From Candidatus Pacearchaeota archaeon (GTDB lineage: Archaea > Nanobdellota > Nanobdellia > Pacearchaeales > GW2011-AR1), in assembly GCA_023136775.1 (NCBI GenBank), contig JAGLQO010000011.1, positions 34,528 through 98,527 of the forward strand: DNA of 64,000 bases. Reading direction: 5' to 3'. The notes under the pieces are model-generated. The model did no database searches. It worked only from the letters and a program-made list of their open reading frames with translations, and was not told where the DNA came from. The translations under genes and the position numbers were made by a program. Numbering within the stretch: the stretch's first letter is position 1; the number at the start of each line of letters is the position of its first letter. This document shows positions 59,767-64,000 of the stretch, piece by piece.

Positions 59767-61953
59767 ATGAAAGAGAATAAGGTTGACAGTTCGTTAGATT
59801 ATATTAAAATTCTTAAAGCTTTGATGGAATTACCGTTTCAGGTTGGAAAGGGTTTGTTGTCAGATTTTTTGAATGGGAATTATTCTAATAAATCTATAAT
59901 TAAAAATCGGTTGGATGAATTAGATAATTTTGATACGCTTTCTTGGAGTAAGGATAAAATATATCATGAAATTGATAAATTGACAGCGAACGGAATGATT
60001 AATTTGGCAACTAGTGATTATAATAAATTTATTAAAATTTTGGAGCTTACGATTAAAGGACGAAATGAAATTAATAATCCGACTTTGCTTGAAAAAAAAT
60101 TAGCTAATAAAATTGATTTTAAGAAAACTGAAATTACTGAGACCGACAGAGAAATATTCAAAGCGTTGGATAGTTTTCTTGGGAATTTTAATGACGAGCA
60201 GAAGAAGGCGATTATTTCGGGAAGTAAAAATTTGCTTTGTGTTGCTGGAGCTGGTTCGGGGAAAACAACGGTTCTTACTAAGCGAATAGAATTTTTGGTT
60301 AAATATAAATCCGTTGACCCTTCTAAAATTTTAGCAATTACTTTTACTAAGAAAGCTCGGGAAGAAATGGAAAAACGGCTTTATGCTCTCGGTGTTAACA
60401 GCGTAAGAGTCCATACTTTTAATTCGTTTTGTGAGGGAATTTTGAGAAATCATGAAACCGAAATTTATGGAAGACCAATTAGAGTTCAATCTTATGGAGA
60501 TAAAATTTTAGCTATGAATATGGCGCTTGGGAATATGGGACTTGATATGCAGGATGCAATTAATGATTACTTTACTGTTGCTCAGAGGAAATTTAAAACA
60601 GGAAGTCAGTTATCTAATTCTTTTATGAATGACTGTTTCTCGGTTATGGATTATTTTAAAGTGACTGGTGAGACTGAATACAATTGGAGTAAAGACGCCG
60701 ACGCTAAGAATAAAAATAATGCTGAAAGAATTTTTAAGATTACAAAATATTTGAAAGAGCATATGATGATTCAGGGACTTCGAGATTATACTGACCAACT
60801 TATTGATGCGATTAAATTTCTGAAATCTTCACCAGAAAATATTCCTCAATTTGATTATGTTTTGGTTGACGAATATCAGGATGTTAATGCGATGCAAATT
60901 GAGTTGATTGGACTACTTAATCCAGGGAATTTATTTGCTGTGGGCGACCCTCGTCAATCTATTTTTGGATGGAGAGGTTCAGACATAAATTATATTTTAA
61001 AATTCGAAGAGACTTATGGGGAATGTGAAGTTGTTCATCTGACTAAGAATTATCGAAGTTCTAAAGAGATTGTTGAATTTATGAATCATTCTATAACTGA
61101 GATGGGACTTCCTGACATCCAAGCTTCGCTTGGGGTGAGGGGTGAGGGGTCTGAGGTGAGGGGTCAAGAAAATGCGAGGATTAAGATTCTTGATTTTGGG
61201 AGCGAAGAAAGTGAGCGAGCTTTTGTTATTAAAAATATAATTGATAATGATACTCCGAATAGTGAAATTTTTGTCTTGGCTAGAACTAATCGGCAACTTA
61301 TGGAACTTTCTAGATTGATGAAGATGCGTGGGATTTCTCATGTTGTTAAAACTGATGAGGTGAAAAATCCTAAGGATATGAAAGAGGGCGATGTTACTCT
61401 TGCGACGATTCATGCGATTAAGGGGCTTGAGGCTAAGAAGGTTTTTGTTATTGGAAGTAATGAGCAAAATTTTCCATGTAAGGCTAGCGATCATCCAGCT
61501 ATTGAAATGGTAAAGACTGATAATTACGATAAGGAAGAAGAAGAGCGTCGGTTGTTTTATGTTGCGATTTCTAGGGCTAAGGAAATTTTGTATGTTACTT
61601 ATTCGGGGAAGAAACCTACTTATTTTTTGAATGACGAGATGATGGGGATTGGGAGCGATAAGATTAGTTCGTTTTCTAAAGCAAAACCTAAGGGTGCTGA
61701 GAAAATTTTTGACGAGGATTTGGATGATGATTTGATTGGGGAGTTGAAGAGTTGGCGGTTGACTGTGGCTGAGGAGCAAAATGTTCCGGCTTATGTTGTT
61801 TTGACTAATAAGACGATTGATGATATTGCTCGTAAGATGCCAAAGGATGCTATTGAACTTTCTGGGGTTAGTGGGATTGGTCCTAATAAGTTGGTTAATT
61901 ATGGGAATAGGATTTTGGAGATAGTTAGGGAAATCACTCTGAAGAGTGATTAG
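59767..61953 (+). CDS. UvrD-like superfamily 1 helicase with an N-terminal wHTH-like domain and a C-terminal HRDC-like domain
   Basis: VAGAGSGKTT, LVDEYQDVN, NYRSSKEI, TIHAIKGLEA, FYVAISRAK. C-terminus VPAYVVLTNKTIDDIARKMP..LSGVSGIGPNKL. Confidence 0.85.
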   Translation: MKENKVDSSLDYIKILKALMELPFQVGKGLLSDFLNGNYSNKSIIKNRLDELDNFDTLSWSKDKIYHEIDKLTANGMINLATSDYNKFIKILELTIKGRNEINNPTLLEKKLANKIDFKKTEITETDREIFKALDSFLGNFNDEQKKAIISGSKNLLCVAGAGSGKTTVLTKRIEFLVKYKSVDPSKILAITFTKKAREEMEKRLYALGVNSVRVHTFNSFCEGILRNHETEIYGRPIRVQSYGDKILAMNMALGNMGLDMQDAINDYFTVAQRKFKTGSQLSNSFMNDCFSVMDYFKVTGETEYNWSKDADAKNKNNAERIFKITKYLKEHMMIQGLRDYTDQLIDAIKFLKSSPENIPQFDYVLVDEYQDVNAMQIELIGLLNPGNLFAVGDPRQSIFGWRGSDINYILKFEETYGECEVVHLTKNYRSSKEIVEFMNHSITEMGLPDIQASLGVRGEGSEVRGQENARIKILDFGSEESERAFVIKNIIDNDTPNSEIFVLARTNRQLMELSRLMKMRGISHVVKTDEVKNPKDMKEGDVTLATIHAIKGLEAKKVFVIGSNEQNFPCKASDHPAIEMVKTDNYDKEEEERRLFYVAISRAKEILYVTYSGKKPTYFLNDEMMGIGSDKISSFSKAKPKGAEKIFDEDLDDDLIGELKSWRLTVAEEQNVPAYVVLTNKTIDDIARKMPKDAIELSGVSGIGPNKLVNYGNRILEIVREITLKSD
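61135..61167 (+). repeat. About 1.6 copies of a 21-nt G-rich unit related to the uvrB repeat, in-frame in the helicase
   Basis: gtgaggggtgaggggtctgag gtgaggggtcaa encodes VRGEGSE VRGQ. 17 of 21 nt match the uvrB unit gtgacgggtgacgggtctagg. Confidence 0.6.
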
Positions 61954-61974
61954 TTGGTGGTGGTTAGTTGGTAG

Positions 61975-62170
61975 TTGCTTTGGGAATGGTTGTTAATTTT
62001 TTGCTCACGGCACCCTCACGAATATATAATAGATATTGGTTGGGGCATGCCAATTCTGGAGATTTAATGGATTCAAGGCAATAATTTTGGGAGTGTTTTG
62101 TTATTTTTAATTGCTCACGGATAAACACGGATGGGCTTGCCCATTCACGGATTTTTTGTTTTGGGAATGT
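61975..62170 (+). repeat. Family A composite A8
   Basis: ttgctcacggcaccctcacgaatatata..ttggggcatgccaattc.. and aaggcaataattttgggagtgttttgttatttttaattgctcacggataaacacggatgggcttgcccattcacggatt. The latter is nearly identical to 59150-59238. Confidence 0.75.
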
Positions 62171-62184
62171 TGGGGTGACGGAAA

Positions 62185-63084
62185 TTAGAATCTGATTTTT
62201 TCATCTTTTAATAAATCAAATAAAAATTCGATTAGAGGTCTTAAATTACCCTTTACTTGCGACTCTTCTAGCCCCTTATAGTATTTGTATTTTTTCTTAT
62301 TTGGGATATTTATCATGGGATATTTATTCTTCCTTAAAATAAAATTCATCAATAATCTTCCCACTCTCCCATTTCCATCAACAAAGGGATGAATTGTCTC
62401 AAAGGCAGAATGAAAATATGTTGCGAGAATTAATGGATGAAGCTTATTTTTATTTTTTGTGTACCATGATAGCAAATAAGCCATTTCTTTCGGAACATCA
62501 AGTGGTTTTGGGGGCATCCATTCAGTTCCCCTAATATATACCTGCAATGTCCTGTATTTTCCTATTTGATTCTCTAACTCTTTTTTTAATGTATTTTTTA
62601 TAACTAATTTATGCAATTTAAGGATAATTTCTCTGCTTAAGTCTCCTTTATAATTTAATAGATAGTCAAAACCCTCCTTATGATTTGTAATTTCATTTAT
62701 TTCCCTTAGTGATTTCCGAGGAGTTATTTGTTCAAATAATAGTTGAGAAGTTTCTTGTAGTGTAAGAGTATTCCCTTCGATACTCGTAGAATCATATATA
62801 AAAAGAGAAACAAAAGATTCGTATCTATTTTCTTCTGTTGCCTTTGGTTGTTTTGTGTATTCTTCTTTTATTTTTTTTAATTGCTTTTCTTCATTACTAG
62901 TGATTAGTGTAGAAAGCAAGGATAGCTCTTTGTCTGCTACTTTTTCTTTTTCCGAAAGTTCATCTTTATCTAAATCTACCCCAAGATACACTCTTTTTTT
63001 CCCTACCTTTTCCCCTTTTCTAATAGATTTTACTCTATAGAAATATCTCCTGCCATTTTTTTCTTTTATTTCAGTATAAGCCAT
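62185..63084 (-). CDS. Fic-family protein (AMPylase-type motif)
   Basis: HPFVDGNGRVGRLL, the canonical HxFx(D/E)GNGRxxR motif. Confidence 0.85.
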   Translation of the reverse strand: MAYTEIKEKNGRRYFYRVKSIRKGEKVGKKRVYLGVDLDKDELSEKEKVADKELSLLSTLITSNEEKQLKKIKEEYTKQPKATEENRYESFVSLFIYDSTSIEGNTLTLQETSQLLFEQITPRKSLREINEITNHKEGFDYLLNYKGDLSREIILKLHKLVIKNTLKKELENQIGKYRTLQVYIRGTEWMPPKPLDVPKEMAYLLSWYTKNKNKLHPLILATYFHSAFETIHPFVDGNGRVGRLLMNFILRKNKYPMINIPNKKKYKYYKGLEESQVKGNLRPLIEFLFDLLKDEKIRF

Positions 63085-63090
63085 AGTTTT

Positions 63091-63195
63091 TATACGTCTA
63101 CAGCATTTAAATATCTTTCTGTGATGTGGACGTAAGTTTTAAAGATATTTATACGTCTACGCCAAATTCAAAAATCTCATTAGAGTAGACGTATA
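63091..63195. promoter_or_regulatory. Operator-like cluster upstream of the Fic gene
   Basis: tatacgtctac at 63091-63101 and 63150-63160 (direct), gtagacgtata at 63185-63195 (inverted), and the palindrome atatcttt..aaagatat (63111-63148). Confidence 0.45.
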
Positions 63196-63242
63196 GTAAC
63201 TAATATCTTCGAACATGACGTTGCGGTTTTGTATTCCCATTC

Positions 63243-63325
63243 CAACCAGGAAATGCCGAGCCGAAGCGAATGTAATCCCGCGAATGAACCAGTTCAAGAC
63301 CGGTTCGTTTAATTTTTTCGAAGAA
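63243..63325 (+). repeat. Family F repeat F2
   Basis: caggaaatgccgag and atgaaccagttcaagaccgg are shared with 29969-30070. Confidence 0.55.
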
Positions 63326-63596
63326 AAATTTAAACGCTCCAACCTTGGCTGCGGCATATCATTCTGTTGGATTCTAATTTGAACTCTTTTCGCTAATGTC
63401 TGGAATTCCGTTAGCGGTCCTTTCTTTCCACCTATTCCACCTCTCTTCATGTTTGTATGGGTCAATCTTTGCCATAAAAACCTTAGATAAAAATTCTTTA
63501 TAATAAATTGGTAGCAGTGTTGTAGCACTACAAGAGTTGTGGTAGGTTTTAGGATTACAGATAAATATTTAATAAGTTAGTTCTACAATTATAGAT

Positions 63597-64000
63597 ATGG
63601 CATTAGACATAAAATTCAATTACCCACACACTTTCTTTTTATCTATAGGCTTGGCGTTATTTATTTTTGGGGTAACTCCTTTCTACCTAGGAAGTTTTGA
63701 TTATACCACTTCCCAAGATGTTGTTAAAATTATAACGCATATAGTATCTGTTATTATAAGCTTAGTCTGTTTAGGTAAAGGAATATCTTTATGGGAGGCT
63801 AGAGAGCGTGAACAAGAGGGATTTCGTAATATTCGAAAAGAAACAATGCAACAAGAATTGGAAATAATCACTCGAAAGAATGAAATGGGTAATTCAATCT
63901 TAAAATTAGAGTCTCTAAAAAAGGATGAAGAAAAAACAGGTGAGGAACTAAAAAAGAAAAATGAAGAGATAAAAAAATTAGATAAAAAAATTGATTCTCA
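63597..64000 (+). CDS. Hypothetical membrane plus coiled-coil protein, 3' end beyond the window
   Basis: ATG at 63597, and I read no stop codon through nt 64000. Two TM helices (FFLSIGLALFIFGV, ITHIVSVIISLVCLG), then a K/E-rich coiled coil. Not in the ORF track because it has no stop. Confidence 0.5.
   Translation, partial: MALDIKFNYPHTFFLSIGLALFIFGVTPFYLGSFDYTTSQDVVKIITHIVSVIISLVCLGKGISLWEAREREQEGFRNIRKETMQQELEIITRKNEMGNSILKLESLKKDEEKTGEELKKKNEEIKKLDKKIDS

Noticed and set aside
60997-61779. 260-aa minus-strand ORF inside the UvrD/HRDC helicase gene
   Set aside because: It is antisense to a gene with all SF1 motifs. Its composition is low-complexity and basic, as is typical of shadow ORFs in AT-rich DNA. 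The same reasoning applies to these ORFs: 676..915, 3948..4295, 7775..7999, 10609..10809, 13729..14181, 15830..16150, 16295..16662, 17612..18925, 28121..28486, 29085..29776, 30879..31271, 33143..33706, 36142..36456, 38212..38424, 39013..39264, 41067..41279, 44035..44538, 45334..45525, 48470..48691, 49693..50757, 54767..55234, 56088..56279, 56561..56779, 58923..59114, 62855..63040.
1-64000. Prophage, integrative element or transposon with its own recombinase
   Set aside because: I recognised no integrase, transposase, capsid or terminase motifs in any of the listed ORFs. Mobility of the repeat-bounded cassettes is therefore only inferred.

Overview
The window is a very AT-rich, gene-dense chromosome segment that looks archaeal. 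Evidence for that: two tRNA genes carry introns at the canonical 37/38 position, PheRS alpha and beta are the archaeal/eukaryal type, and there is an RNase P protein-like ORF, an archaeal-size UMP kinase and an AF0577-like radical SAM/SPASM enzyme. A small-genome, DPANN-like origin is only an inference.

Coding content is mostly housekeeping:
- Nucleotide excision repair: uvrA (5' truncated by the window edge), uvrC and uvrB
- pheS and pheT, pyrH, gpmI, a YchF-like ATPase, and RsuA/RluF-type and Dus-type RNA modification enzymes
- Two Kef-type CPA2 antiporters and a SWIM+SNF2 helicase
- Two UvrD-like helicases plus a third helicase 3' remnant
- An ArsR-headed thiol-redox membrane operon
- A mazEF-like pair, a Fic protein, a PIN-like protein and an AlbA_2/ATPase protein

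No rRNA, CRISPR array, transposase or integrase was recognised.

The most unusual content is non-coding or intragenic:
1. Nearly every longer intergenic spacer holds short, relatively G+C-rich mosaic repeats. I call the families A to F. Their hairpins keep position but change sequence between copies.
2. One family (C) sits exactly after stop codons, in the orientation of the gene. Another (B) places a TATA-like box plus a hairpin 30-70 nt upstream of start codons.
3. uvrB carries an in-frame array of 11.4 copies of a 21-nt G-rich repeat (VTGDGSG heptads). About 1.6 copies of a related unit sit in-frame in a UvrD-like helicase.
4. The tRNA-Thr locus is surrounded by three tRNA-derived fragments that bracket a C39-like peptidase gene.
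5. Several single genes are bracketed by inverted or direct repeat copies, like cassettes.
6. A variable segment of about 9.7 kb separates uvrC from uvrB. It holds the AlbA_2/ATPase gene, an iteron-like array, an AbrB-like ORF with an operator, and the PIN-like protein.

All functional calls come from motifs read by eye in the translated ORFs. No database search was run.
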